Virus record (IMG/VR): IMGVR_UViG_3300032116_014939
Span: 1 to 64,000 of that record
Length of the DNA: 64,000 nt
Reading direction: 5' to 3' (one strand)
The notes beneath the pieces were generated by a model, which was not told the origin of the DNA, searched no databases, and saw nothing but the letters and a program-made list of their open reading frames with translations. The position numbers were made by a program, and so were the translations under genes. Below are positions 45,071-55,181 of this stretch, piece by piece. Every line of letters starts with the position of its first letter. Positions within the stretch are counted from its first letter, which is position 1.

Positions 45071-45239
45071 TTTGTTTTCTTCCTTGTAAAATTTCACCTC
45101 TGAACTGTTGAAGTAACGCTTTCAATTCTTGAGCAGTTTTTCTTGCTCTAGTACCAGCACTTTTGTTGCCATTATAGAACTTACCAGCATCAACAGAAAG
45201 AGATTCAGTCAATTCTTTGATTTTGTCTACTGTTTCCAT
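45063..45239 (-). CDS. Histone H1-like (Hc1-family) protein, 58 aa, absent from the ORF track
   Basis: METVDKIKELTESLSVDAGKFYNGNKSAGTRARKTAQELKALLQQFRGEI...; GNKxAGTRARK signature. Confidence 0.85.
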   Translation of the reverse strand: METVDKIKELTESLSVDAGKFYNGNKSAGTRARKTAQELKALLQQFRGEILQGRKQND

Positions 45240-45292
45240 TTTCTTAAATATAAAATTTGTTTATTACACTATCAAGAGTAAGGATTATTTAT

Positions 45293-45766
45293 CTATTGTA
45301 AACTTAATTTTAAAGATTTATCTAATGATTTGTAAATTGATGTTAGTAAATCTAAATCTGACTTTGTTGGTGATTTATCAAGATTAAAAACCTCATCAAA
45401 AAACTTATTCAAAGACATTTTAACTTCTTTAATCTTTTGTCTATAAAAAGTTTCTTCTAAAAAACTTTTCATAAAATCTTTATGGTCACCCTTTTCACCA
45501 AAAAAGATACCCTCTTTATTAAAATTTTCAATTGTTTTACCCCAACACCATTCAAAGTGTTTGATATTATCCTCATCTGTTATGTTTATATTAGTTTCTT
45601 GACCTTCTGGGTCACCTAAATAGGTTTTATATACCAAGGAAACCAAAGATTTAACAAAGTCTTCAAACAACTCTAATTTTTGATGACAGATATCATTACT
45701 ATCAATCCAAAATTGTAGCTCTTCGTCAGTAACTGGCTTAGATATATAAGAAAAAAAATTCTCCAT
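45293..45766 (-). CDS. Hypothetical protein
   Basis: 157-aa ORF. Confidence 0.75.
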   Translation of the reverse strand: MENFFSYISKPVTDEELQFWIDSNDICHQKLELFEDFVKSLVSLVYKTYLGDPEGQETNINITDEDNIKHFEWCWGKTIENFNKEGIFFGEKGDHKDFMKSFLEETFYRQKIKEVKMSLNKFFDEVFNLDKSPTKSDLDLLTSIYKSLDKSLKLSLQ

Positions 45767-45810
45767 AGTTATATGGAGAATTATAATTTAAAATATTTTA
45801 AAGTAACTAA

Positions 45811-47307
45811 TTATTTTTTATACTGATAACCAATTAACTTTTTCATGTTTTCCATTTCTTCATTCAACAATTTACTTGTTTCACTTTCTTTTGATTCTCC
45901 AAGATTATTCAATATTTTTTCAGCCTTATTAACTGAAGAAGTTTTTGAACCTTTTTTCTTAATAGAACCCTTTTGAGTCGTTTCACCAGCAACATCAACA
46001 GGTTGTGATTGTCTCTTATATGACGCTTCTAATTGTTCAGCACCATATAAATTTTCTTCATAGTTCTTATAAAATTTATCACCTGTCTCTGTTGGTACAA
46101 CATTACCAAGTGGGTTACCGTCGGCATCAACTTGAGCGTTTCCAGTTTTAGAACTACCTTTTAGATTCATTTCAATCCACTCATCATTTGGTTTGATTTC
46201 ATCGAATACAAGATTTGTCTGTCCAGGATAAGCAAAAGCATCTACATATTCATCAACATATTCTGATGGAATATACGCCTTTTTACTCATTTTAGAAATT
46301 TCACCATTACCTTTTGGAAACATTACAGGATTAGATTCAAACTTACCTTTAGAACCATCCTTAACGTACTCTGCCATTTTTTTGAATGAATCTTTATTTG
46401 CTTTAGAGTTTTCATTTTTTTCTTTTTTAGAAACTCTGTCATATTGAACCATTCCAGCAGATTTACCCGTCTTCTTAAGATTATCCTTAGTTTTTTCTTC
46501 AAGAACTAATTCTTCAATCATTTCAATTAATTCAGATTCCTTTAAATCAAGAAAATCACCATCACCCATTTTAATTCTATAATTAATTGAATCTTTATCG
46601 TCACCCGAAACAAAATCAACTTCTTGGTCAACTTCTTCAGGATAATTTCTCATGTACTTTTTCTTCAACGATTGTACTCTTGGGTTTTCATCATCAGATA
46701 GATTAATATCTTCAAAGTCATCGTGTCCCATACCTAAACCCATACCACCTAAATCTTCAGTCACTTCATATTCTTTACCATCAACTTCAAAAGATTTTTT
46801 ACCTTCTTTTTTCGCCTTTGCTAAAGCCCCAGTAAAAGCATTTCCTTCTTCCACTTCTTCTTCCATTTTTTGTAATTTTAAAAAATCCGCTTTAGTGAGT
46901 TTACCTTTAGGTTCTGCAACATCTAATTTTTTTTGACCACCATGTAGTCTTTCAGTTGTTTCACTTCTTGCATCTTTAGAATCTAACGCTAATGCTAAAT
47001 CAGTGTCTTGGTCTTCTTTAATTCTTTTTTTCATGTTTGATATTTGTTTTTCACCAAAGGCGACTTCGCCACCTTTTTTATTTCTTTTAAAATGAAACGG
47101 CCCATGTGACGAATGTTTACCTCTTCTCATAAACGTATAATCTTCTTCGTCATCATCAAAAACATAGTCATTACCAACTTCTAAATCGTACTTATCAACA
47201 TCTTCATTTGATTCAATTTTTTTGTTGATAGTGTCAGTAATTTCGTTAGCCCTTTCAGTTAAACTTTCATTAACTAAACTTTTTATTATTTCATCAAATT
47301 TTGACAT
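45811..47307 (-). CDS. Highly charged protein, possible head core/scaffold component
   Basis: 498 aa, D/E/K-rich, many (L/I/V)-x-E sites; TATTTAT upstream. Confidence 0.6.
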   Translation of the reverse strand: MSKFDEIIKSLVNESLTERANEITDTINKKIESNEDVDKYDLEVGNDYVFDDDEEDYTFMRRGKHSSHGPFHFKRNKKGGEVAFGEKQISNMKKRIKEDQDTDLALALDSKDARSETTERLHGGQKKLDVAEPKGKLTKADFLKLQKMEEEVEEGNAFTGALAKAKKEGKKSFEVDGKEYEVTEDLGGMGLGMGHDDFEDINLSDDENPRVQSLKKKYMRNYPEEVDQEVDFVSGDDKDSINYRIKMGDGDFLDLKESELIEMIEELVLEEKTKDNLKKTGKSAGMVQYDRVSKKEKNENSKANKDSFKKMAEYVKDGSKGKFESNPVMFPKGNGEISKMSKKAYIPSEYVDEYVDAFAYPGQTNLVFDEIKPNDEWIEMNLKGSSKTGNAQVDADGNPLGNVVPTETGDKFYKNYEENLYGAEQLEASYKRQSQPVDVAGETTQKGSIKKKGSKTSSVNKAEKILNNLGESKESETSKLLNEEMENMKKLIGYQYKK

Positions 47308-47328
47308 TTATGTTTTATATATAAATAC

Positions 47329-47859
47329 TTAATTAATTGAGTTTTTTAAAATATCTTCTTTAATTATTTTACTTAAAATATTTTTGTCAATTTGGTATTC
47401 CTTTGATAATTTTTCAAGTAAACTTTCAAAAATATCTAATTCAGTTAATTTTAAAGCGTTAATATCTCCTTGATTACAATATGGGTATTTTAAACATTTC
47501 TTTTTTACTTTAACAAACTTACCACCTTTATATAAAGGTTTTGAAGCTCCTCTCCAATCTTTCTTACTTTGGGATTTAGCTAAAAATGATGGCCCTGAAT
47601 ATTGTCCCGCAGAAGACGCCCCTGTCGCCTCAGTCGCTTCAACTTTTTTAATGTCATCAGAATTTTCTTCTTCCATTTTACTACCAAATAACGGTGCCGA
47701 AAAACTACCAGCACTACCAGCACCAGTCGCTTCAGTATTCTCTTCTTTTTTCTCACTCAGTTCTTCTGAGAATTTGTTAAAATCACGAATTGAATCTGAA
47801 TCTTTTGTTGTATAATTTGACTTAATCGCCTTCATTAAATTTTGTTTCAAGTTTTCCAT
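47329..47859 (-). CDS. Hypothetical protein with an internal EATGAxSAG repeat
   Basis: 176-aa ORF. Confidence 0.7.
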   Translation of the reverse strand: MENLKQNLMKAIKSNYTTKDSDSIRDFNKFSEELSEKKEENTEATGAGSAGSFSAPLFGSKMEEENSDDIKKVEATEATGASSAGQYSGPSFLAKSQSKKDWRGASKPLYKGGKFVKVKKKCLKYPYCNQGDINALKLTELDIFESLLEKLSKEYQIDKNILSKIIKEDILKNSIN

Positions 47860-47864
47860 CTCTA

Positions 47865-48119
47865 TTATTTTTTAATTTTTGATTCCCAAACACTTCTATT
47901 CATCCAAAGATATTCATAGAAATCTTTCATGGATTTTGCGATTAAATCTCTAACATTTTTTTCTAACTTACCTCTTTCAATTTCTTTGGAAATTAACTCT
48001 AACATTTTGTTTTCAAATTGTTTAACAGTTTGTGAATCTAAAAAACTTTTGATTTCAGATTTAACAATTTTTTCTATTTCGTTTTTTTCAGATTGATTGA
48101 AAGCCATTTTAAAATGCAA
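47865..48119 (-). CDS. Hypothetical protein
   Basis: 84-aa ORF (likely start MAFNQ). Confidence 0.6.
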   Translation of the reverse strand: MHFKMAFNQSEKNEIEKIVKSEIKSFLDSQTVKQFENKMLELISKEIERGKLEKNVRDLIAKSMKDFYEYLWMNRSVWESKIKK

Positions 48120-48531
48120 GTATTAATAATAATAGTGTTAATCCTCCACCTGTGAAGGTTCCGACTTTCCACCATTTAGTTTTATCGTTATTGGTTTTAA
48201 TCTCATCTTTTAAATCATCAGTCATATTAACATACAAACCAATTTGTTTATCTTTCTCCCCAATGATTATTTGATTGTTTTTATCTTTCTCTTCTAAAAT
48301 CTCAATCTTCTTATCTTTATCCCCTTCTCTCTTTTCTAATAAGGAAATTTTAGAATATAATTGTTGGTTTTCTTCAACACAACCATCTAACTTAATTAAA
48401 TCTTTGGCAATCTTTCTTGCAACTTCAGAACTGATAACAACCTTTGTAGTATCTTTACTTACCGTATTTGTCTGTGAAAAAATGTTGAAGCTCATCATTA
48501 CCGAGATTATCAACAGAAGCAACTTTTTCAT
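48109..48531 (-). CDS. Signal peptide, coiled-coil and C-terminal TM protein (spanin-like)
   Basis: Topology and position near the amidase. Confidence 0.55.
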   Translation of the reverse strand: MKKLLLLIISVMMSFNIFSQTNTVSKDTTKVVISSEVARKIAKDLIKLDGCVEENQQLYSKISLLEKREGDKDKKIEILEEKDKNNQIIIGEKDKQIGLYVNMTDDLKDEIKTNNDKTKWWKVGTFTGGGLTLLLLILAF

Positions 48532-48799
48532 TTGTTTTCTTTTTAATTACGTTTATGTTGTTATCAACTAATTGAATTTCTTGAGTTATTTCAGATATAT
48601 TAACATCAAGTTCTACCAATTTATTATCCAATTCTTTGTTTAGAATTGAAACTGAATCAATTTTTGTTTGAATACTATCAATTGAGTTTTGATACTTTTC
48701 AACATCAGTTTTAATTTGGTTTGTCGTAATAATATTATAGACAAACAAACCAATAATAATTAAAAATAAAATTCCAATTATATTATTCTTATTGCTCAT
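48455..48799 (-). CDS. N-terminal TM plus coiled-coil protein (i-spanin-like)
   Basis: Topology; overlaps the next gene by 77 nt. Confidence 0.55.
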   Translation of the reverse strand: MSNKNNIIGILFLIIIGLFVYNIITTNQIKTDVEKYQNSIDSIQTKIDSVSILNKELDNKLVELDVNISEITQEIQLVDNNINVIKKKTNEKVASVDNLGNDELQHFFTDKYGK

Positions 48800-49400
48800 T
48801 TGTCTCAGGTTTTGTTTTCTTTCTACTAGCGATTATTTTAGCCCATTTAGACTTAAACTTTTCATAATAGGTTTGTAACTTATTAATTGCTTCAGTAAAG
48901 TTTTCATCAACTTTCACCATATCACCACTAATATATAATCCGTTATTCTCACCAATAGTGAAATAGAATTCAATATCAAAATCAACAATTTTACCACTCC
49001 AATCAACATTATTTTGATAAACGTTTAATTGATTAAAATTAACCAAATCTGAAACTTCGGCAACAAACTCATCCATTGTTTCTTGGAAAGCTTTCTTATC
49101 ATCCGTTGTTAATTCAACATCTTTTCTATCTTTTCCGTGTATAGTTAAAATACCTCCTGAAATTCTGTAACCTTGTTCGATTTCATTTTTCTTTTCTTCA
49201 TCGTCTTGAATTTCATCTTCAACAGCCGCAGGTACATTATACTTTGTTGCAATTGTATCAACTTCAGGTTTTTCAGATTGTTCAAACAAATAAGTTTTCT
49301 TTATCTCTTGGATATGTTCCTTAACAACAGAATTATTGTTGTTAACCAAATCTCTCATTTTTTTAATTTGGTCTTTAATGTCTTGGTTATCTCTCATCAT
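48789..49400 (-). CDS. Hypothetical protein
   Basis: 203-aa ORF. Confidence 0.7.
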   Translation of the reverse strand: MMRDNQDIKDQIKKMRDLVNNNNSVVKEHIQEIKKTYLFEQSEKPEVDTIATKYNVPAAVEDEIQDDEEKKNEIEQGYRISGGILTIHGKDRKDVELTTDDKKAFQETMDEFVAEVSDLVNFNQLNVYQNNVDWSGKIVDFDIEFYFTIGENNGLYISGDMVKVDENFTEAINKLQTYYEKFKSKWAKIIASRKKTKPETNEQ

Positions 49401-49989
49401 TTTCTATTAAGTTTTTAAATTTTTCATAATCAAATGCCGGACTTATATCGGTATATCTACTATTATAATTACTTCTACATACAATACCGTTGAATAATTT
49501 AACACCATCAACTTTTGTATTATGTCCAATAAACTTATTGTCTATTGAAAATTTTACAAGTAATTTTTTTGAGAGCTCTACAAGTGAATTTAATTGTTCT
49601 TCACTATATGGTTCCCAATATAACTTATCCTTCCATTTTTTTTGAAAAATAGATTTACTATAAATATCCCCAATCCAATTAGAATACGATAAACCTAATG
49701 GTGTTTTTTGTAACCATCCAAGATTTTCTAAACAAATTACGATTGAATTTCGATTTACCTCTTGGTCATCAAAATAGTTAGTATAACTATCATCTGAAAT
49801 TAAGTTTAAAATATTCCCTTCTTTTGTTATAAAGTAGTTCGGTATCTTATCATAAGAACCATTCTTACGATATTTTAATGAATTAAGAAAATTTTCAGCG
49901 GGACGAAAACTATGACAAAGAACTATTTGTCTTTTTTTCTTATTTTTTTCAAACTTAGGAAACTTTCCATATTTTTTAATATTAAGCAT
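49387..49989 (-). CDS. N-acetylmuramoyl-L-alanine amidase-like (Amidase_2) protein
   Basis: IVLCHS, NYFITKEG, SIVICLEN, EQLNSL..L, IGHN, D.SP. Confidence 0.7.
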   Translation of the reverse strand: MLNIKKYGKFPKFEKNKKKRQIVLCHSFRPAENFLNSLKYRKNGSYDKIPNYFITKEGNILNLISDDSYTNYFDDQEVNRNSIVICLENLGWLQKTPLGLSYSNWIGDIYSKSIFQKKWKDKLYWEPYSEEQLNSLVELSKKLLVKFSIDNKFIGHNTKVDGVKLFNGIVCRSNYNSRYTDISPAFDYEKFKNLIENDER

Positions 49990-50920
49990 CCCTCTTTGTA
50001 TAGTTTAAAACCTTGTAAACTTCACCCTGTTCGGAAAGTTCATTATTTTTTTTTTCAACCTCTTCAGGTTGTATATCAATTTCTTTATCAAGTAATCCCA
50101 TGTAGACAGTATTATCATACTGACTTTCTTCAGTAATAGGTTTAATTTCTTCGATAGGTTCTTCTACAACATCTTTAGTTATTATTTGATTATTATTAAT
50201 ATTTTCATTAACAATTTCAGTATAAGCATTTAAAACTTCTTCAATTTTACGTAAATCTTCTTCTGATGGTTGGTATGGGTTACTTTTAGGTTTTTGTTCA
50301 ACAGGATAGTTATTTTTTATTATTTCCTCTAACTTATCCAATTCTTCACTAGTAGGTGTCCATTTTTCTTTCTCTTTCTCTTTAATTTGTTCTTCAAATA
50401 TCTTTTGAACATCTTCCTCGGTCAATTCAGTTTTAATATCCTCAACCACTTCTTTATTCTTTTCAGTAAATTTAACCAACATGTGAGCAAATGTAAGAGA
50501 GATGATTGGTAGTAATCCACCAGTTAAAAAAGCTAAAACTGTCTTATGACTATTCAAATCAGTTTTTTCAATTCCCATATTCTCAAACAAACCTCCAACC
50601 ATTGAAATCCAATCTTGGAATGTTTGTGATGTTTCATCAATATATGTAAATGAAAAGAATATGTTCCCCAACATTTGAATAAATGTTACGATGATAAACG
50701 GGAAATAAACAAACCTACCCATGTTAACTGACACCGCTGCCAAGGCCGATAATGCCGCAATTTCAATACCCACCGAAAGGTATATAGCCCAAGTAAAAGG
50801 ATTAGATAAACCATAAAAACTCGTAACGTGTGATATAGACACAAACGCTACGAGTAATATTGGAATAACAAAAGCTAAAGAAATTATGTTTGTTAAATTT
50901 CTACTAAACCAATTTTTCAT
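49982..50920 (-). CDS. Four-TM membrane protein with an acidic tail
   Basis: Four hydrophobic helices in the first ~150 aa. Confidence 0.75.
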   Translation of the reverse strand: MKNWFSRNLTNIISLAFVIPILLVAFVSISHVTSFYGLSNPFTWAIYLSVGIEIAALSALAAVSVNMGRFVYFPFIIVTFIQMLGNIFFSFTYIDETSQTFQDWISMVGGLFENMGIEKTDLNSHKTVLAFLTGGLLPIISLTFAHMLVKFTEKNKEVVEDIKTELTEEDVQKIFEEQIKEKEKEKWTPTSEELDKLEEIIKNNYPVEQKPKSNPYQPSEEDLRKIEEVLNAYTEIVNENINNNQIITKDVVEEPIEEIKPITEESQYDNTVYMGLLDKEIDIQPEEVEKKNNELSEQGEVYKVLNYTKRDA

Positions 50921-51195
50921 TGACCCAACTCATTCTTGTAATGGTTTATGGGCATATGATTCTTATCCGACAATTCTTCAATTTCCAAAGTTTTCCAACT
51001 TGGAGTTTCTTTGATAATGTTAACTAGTTTATCTTGAGATACTACGATAGTACTTAAAGAGTCAACTTTCTTTGTTAACAACTCAACTTGTTTTTCGGTT
51101 GTCTTAACTTGTGTTGATGTTCCACATCCTTTAAAAAAGGATAGTAATACGATTACTAAAATCGCGGGAATAAAGTATTTCTGTAATTTTTCCAT
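50917..51195 (-). CDS. Small membrane or lipoprotein
   Basis: FIPAILVIVLLSFFKGC. Confidence 0.6.
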   Translation of the reverse strand: MEKLQKYFIPAILVIVLLSFFKGCGTSTQVKTTEKQVELLTKKVDSLSTIVVSQDKLVNIIKETPSWKTLEIEELSDKNHMPINHYKNELGQ

Positions 51196-51243
51196 AATGT
51201 TTTTATATAATTTAAAATTAAATTTATAACAATAAATAGTTGA

Positions 51244-52044
51244 TTACATATAATCGAACAAGGTAACACTCTCATTACGTAACTTACGAAGAGCTTTTTC
51301 TTTGATTTGTCTAACTCTTTCTTTAGTTAAACTGAAATCTGAACCGATATCTTCAAGTGTTCTTGGGGTACCTGAAATACCATAGTAATCTTCAATAATC
51401 TGTCTTTCTCGTTCATCTAAAATATTCATGATGTTGAATAACCCGTCTTTAAGTTGTTGGTCATTATTGAATACTTCATCAGGCATATCACTATCCTTAT
51501 TCACAATCAAATCAATCAATGTATCACCATCCTCATTAATCTGAGTTTGTAGGTTAATCGTTGATGGTAGGTTAGCAAATCGGTCATCAATTCTTTCACC
51601 TGTCTTATCTGTACGTTTTTTCTCTTTGTATAAGTCTTGGATGACATTTACAGGAATACGAATTGTTCTTGAGTGTTCGTTCAAAGATTGTAGGATAGAT
51701 TGTCTAATCCACCATACCGCATATGATATAAAACGAAGGTTCTTTGTCCAATCAAAACTTTGAATTGCTTTCATAAGTCCGATATTACCTTCAGCAACTA
51801 AGTCACTGAAATCAACACCCTGCCCTTGATATTGTTTAGCGACTGTAATAACAAATCGTAGGTTACCTTCTAACAATTCTTTACATATACCCGCCTTTTC
51901 ACTATCCGATGTTTCAGGACTTTGCATCTTCGCAGATAATTCCCTTTCTCTCTCAGGAGTCATTACCTTAATACGTCTAAGTTCTTTAAGGTAGATTTGT
52001 ACTTCGTCTTGATTAATTGGTATAACTTGGTTTTTTTCCATCAT
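51244..52044 (-). CDS. RNA polymerase sigma70-family factor (RpoD/SigA-like)
   Basis: YLKEL, NLRFVITVAKQY, DLVAEGNIGL, RFISYAVWWIRQ, TLEDIG...LTKERVRQI. Confidence 0.95.
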   Translation of the reverse strand: MMEKNQVIPINQDEVQIYLKELRRIKVMTPERERELSAKMQSPETSDSEKAGICKELLEGNLRFVITVAKQYQGQGVDFSDLVAEGNIGLMKAIQSFDWTKNLRFISYAVWWIRQSILQSLNEHSRTIRIPVNVIQDLYKEKKRTDKTGERIDDRFANLPSTINLQTQINEDGDTLIDLIVNKDSDMPDEVFNNDQQLKDGLFNIMNILDERERQIIEDYYGISGTPRTLEDIGSDFSLTKERVRQIKEKALRKLRNESVTLFDYM

Positions 52045-52616
52045 ATTATTTGTTTTGAGTAAATTTCTAATTGTTTTAATTGGTTTGCCGACAAACTATC
52101 TATACCTTTCTCTTTAATCTTATCCAATAAATCATTAAGCGTCATGACTGGTTCTTCTTGAATAACTTCTTCATAAAAGAGCTTAAAGAAATCATCAAAA
52201 GAACGAGACTTGTGAATATGAATACCTCCGAAAAATTCTGGAATTCCCGTACTATCACTTGTGTATTTATTATATTTTAATTCTTCTTTTTCTGTCAAAA
52301 TGTCAGTGTTTCCAAACAAATGTTTTTCTATCTCTTCGTTCATAGAATATATCATGTCAGGGTCAATAGGAAAAACAAAATACATTGCCGTTAATTTAAC
52401 AATATTTTTTTTCATATAGTCGTCTATATGTTCCCAATCCAACTTCGTGCCAAATGTTATTATGACACCACTATCCCCATGTTGGAATTTTATCTCACCA
52501 TTTGATATCTGTGATACTGTTTCAGTTAAAAGGTTTAAAGCCTGTGGGTTTTCTTTATATTCCCCGAATGCGAATAATATGTAATCCATAATCATAGTTC
52601 TACAAAGATAATACAA
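52041..52616 (-). CDS. Hypothetical protein
   Basis: ORF; likely start near 52589-52595, downstream of a TATCTTTG box. Confidence 0.7.
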   Translation of the reverse strand: MYYLCRTMIMDYILFAFGEYKENPQALNLLTETVSQISNGEIKFQHGDSGVIITFGTKLDWEHIDDYMKKNIVKLTAMYFVFPIDPDMIYSMNEEIEKHLFGNTDILTEKEELKYNKYTSDSTGIPEFFGGIHIHKSRSFDDFFKLFYEEVIQEEPVMTLNDLLDKIKEKGIDSLSANQLKQLEIYSKQII

Positions 52617-52634
52617 TTTTTTAATTTACCAAAC

Positions 52635-55016
52635 TTATTGTGAAACTTTGGAAATGTTGTCAGTTTTTGTAATCTTGATAATGTTATCAGACCAATTCGA
52701 AATCATAGGGTTGTGAGTAATAACAAGTATGTTTTCAAAGTATTCTTTAATCTTAATAAAGAACTCATAAACCATTTCTAAGTTGTCGTTAGAAATCTTA
52801 CCAAATACCTCATCAAATACTGTAATGTTTGGTTTAGGTAAAGAACATACTTTAGCCATCACCGCTCTCAATGCCAGTGACGCAATTGTCTTTTCATATC
52901 CTGAACCTGAAGTCATTAACTTTTCAATTTGAGTATTATTGTCTATCATCCAAAATTCAACCTCATTCTTTTCACTAATACGAATTTCCAATCTGAAGTA
53001 ACAAGAGTCCTGCAATAATCGTTGAAGTTCAGAGTTAATCAAAGGCATCATACTCTTCATAATTCTTTTTGAAATACCGTTCTTACCAAACAACTCTAAA
53101 TAAACTTTATACTTAACTTCTTTTTGTTGTTCTTCGGAAATCTTAATGATTAAGTTGTTGTTAGAATTAATCTTTTCAAGGTTATTAGTTATCTTAAATC
53201 TTGTATTAGAAACCTCTTGTTGGACAAGTTGTTCCTCTCGTTTTAATTCTTCTAATCTTAGATTTGCCTTAATAATTTGACTTTCAATCTGTTCGTTAGA
53301 TTTAATAACATCTTGTAGCTCATCATACCTTTTTAACTTGTCTAACAAACTTTCTTTCTTTAATTCAAAGTTTTCAATAGTCGCTTGGTATTTTTCGTAT
53401 ACAAGTTTGTTTCTTTCATACTCATCAAAGTCCTTTTTAAGTTTAACAAATCCTTGTTCTTTGTCCGATAATTCTTGCATTAACCCCTCAATTTGGGTTT
53501 TTTTCCCGATAAGTCCGTCAAGTTCAGCAATTCTTGATTGGGTAATTGCGGCGTTCATAAGTTCAATACCACAGTGTTCACACTTGATACCACCACTTAC
53601 CGAACTCTTTAACTTTTGAATGGATGATATGTTGGTATCTAACTCAACCTTTTGCTTATAGGTTTTCTGATACTCTTCCTTAACCTTATCATGTTCATTC
53701 TCATAATAAAACTCCGAAGGTTCAACAATCTTAACACCATCTCTTAACTGAACGTTTTGTTTGATTTGATGTTCAAAGTTTTCAACTTCTTTCTTTGTAT
53801 TGTCAGGATTAAGTAATGAAATTTCTCTATCAACAACAACCTTTGATTTCAAAAGATTATCACGATATTCTTGTCCTTTAACAATCCTACCCTTAACATC
53901 TTCAATCTTAACTTCACTTTCTATAATGTTCTTTTCAAACTCTTGGTTTTTAACCAATAGTTCTTCGTTCTCATTCTTCAATGTTTCAGTATTGTAAATG
54001 TTTGAAATCATTGACTTGGAAAACTCTGAATAGATTTCTTTACCAGTCTCTTCTTTTCTTTTAAGAAAATCTAATCCTAAAAATCTTGATAGGACTTGTC
54101 CACGAGCCGTTGGTTTTGCCTCCAACAAGTCCTCAAGGTTAGTACCAGTAGTTAATATCGTCATCAAGAAGTCCTCATAACTTCCAATGGATGTCTTAAT
54201 GAACTTTTCAGTTTCACGTCGTTGTTCACCTGTAAATTTAACCAATGAACCATCGGGAAACTTCTTAAAAAAATCTAATTCTGTTTTAACATTCCATTCA
54301 CCTGACTTAGATTTCTTACGTTCAAGTTCACGAACAATAATATAATCTTCACCATCAATCACAATTTCACCTCGAACAGATACTTTATCTTTGTCAGAAT
54401 ATCTGTTGAATATTTCTTCAGCTTTGTTTGTTTTTGTTGTTGTATTGAAAAACAAGAACATTAACAAATCCACAGACAACACAGTTTTACCTCCAAAGTT
54501 AGGTGGGTCTGATTCAATCACAGTAATCCCACCCAACTTTTCGAAGTTTATATGTTGGTTTTCACCATAAGATAGAAAGTTAGAAAACTCAATCTTCTTG
54601 ATATACCACTTTTTAAATGAAGCAATCTCATCTTGTTCGGCAATCATCTTATTGTTTACCGCCGAGTCAATCTTCAGTATATCTTCGTAAAGGTTTTCTT
54701 GAGATTTAGATTGAAGGATGGACTTAATCAAATCGTGTTGATAGTTCTCGTCCATAATGTTGATAGTTACATCAACATTGTCTTGTACCTCTTCTGTTTT
54801 CTTTAACTTGGTAATAACATTTACGCTTGTAGTTGAATACTTTTTTTGAAAGTATGCTTTCACACTTTTTAACTTTTCTTGTGTAAAATTCTCTGGTGTG
54901 TCTTCCCATACTACTTGTACGTAAGGATTCTCAAGTTTTGAAAAATCTAAATCTTTTATCATTCTAACTTTTGTGAAATTAATTTGCGGGCTGAACAGGT
55001 CCATTTGTTTCTTCAC
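52635..55016 (-). CDS. SbcC/Rad50 (gp46-like) ATPase with an N-terminal extension
   Basis: FSNFLSYG, NFGGKT Walker A, CEHC zinc hook, SGYEK signature, VFDE Walker B, ITH. Confidence 0.9.
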   Translation of the reverse strand: MKKQMDLFSPQINFTKVRMIKDLDFSKLENPYVQVVWEDTPENFTQEKLKSVKAYFQKKYSTTSVNVITKLKKTEEVQDNVDVTINIMDENYQHDLIKSILQSKSQENLYEDILKIDSAVNNKMIAEQDEIASFKKWYIKKIEFSNFLSYGENQHINFEKLGGITVIESDPPNFGGKTVLSVDLLMFLFFNTTTKTNKAEEIFNRYSDKDKVSVRGEIVIDGEDYIIVRELERKKSKSGEWNVKTELDFFKKFPDGSLVKFTGEQRRETEKFIKTSIGSYEDFLMTILTTGTNLEDLLEAKPTARGQVLSRFLGLDFLKRKEETGKEIYSEFSKSMISNIYNTETLKNENEELLVKNQEFEKNIIESEVKIEDVKGRIVKGQEYRDNLLKSKVVVDREISLLNPDNTKKEVENFEHQIKQNVQLRDGVKIVEPSEFYYENEHDKVKEEYQKTYKQKVELDTNISSIQKLKSSVSGGIKCEHCGIELMNAAITQSRIAELDGLIGKKTQIEGLMQELSDKEQGFVKLKKDFDEYERNKLVYEKYQATIENFELKKESLLDKLKRYDELQDVIKSNEQIESQIIKANLRLEELKREEQLVQQEVSNTRFKITNNLEKINSNNNLIIKISEEQQKEVKYKVYLELFGKNGISKRIMKSMMPLINSELQRLLQDSCYFRLEIRISEKNEVEFWMIDNNTQIEKLMTSGSGYEKTIASLALRAVMAKVCSLPKPNITVFDEVFGKISNDNLEMVYEFFIKIKEYFENILVITHNPMISNWSDNIIKITKTDNISKVSQ

Positions 55017-55161
55017 CTTCTGTTTTTTCAGAAGCCGCTTGTCTCATTTTTTCAAACAATTCTGACATTGTTCTTTGATAGCGTCTTTCAGCATGGATGT
55101 TTCTTAATTTCCACGCAGCAACCTTCTGCTTGTGGTTTGGTCTTAATCTTGACTTTGGCAT
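54979..55161 (-). CDS. Small basic hypothetical protein
   Basis: MPKSRLRPNH... Confidence 0.6.
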   Translation of the reverse strand: MPKSRLRPNHKQKVAAWKLRNIHAERRYQRTMSELFEKMRQAASEKTEGEETNGPVQPAN

Positions 55162-55181
55162 ATATTTATTTGGTTTTTAAA

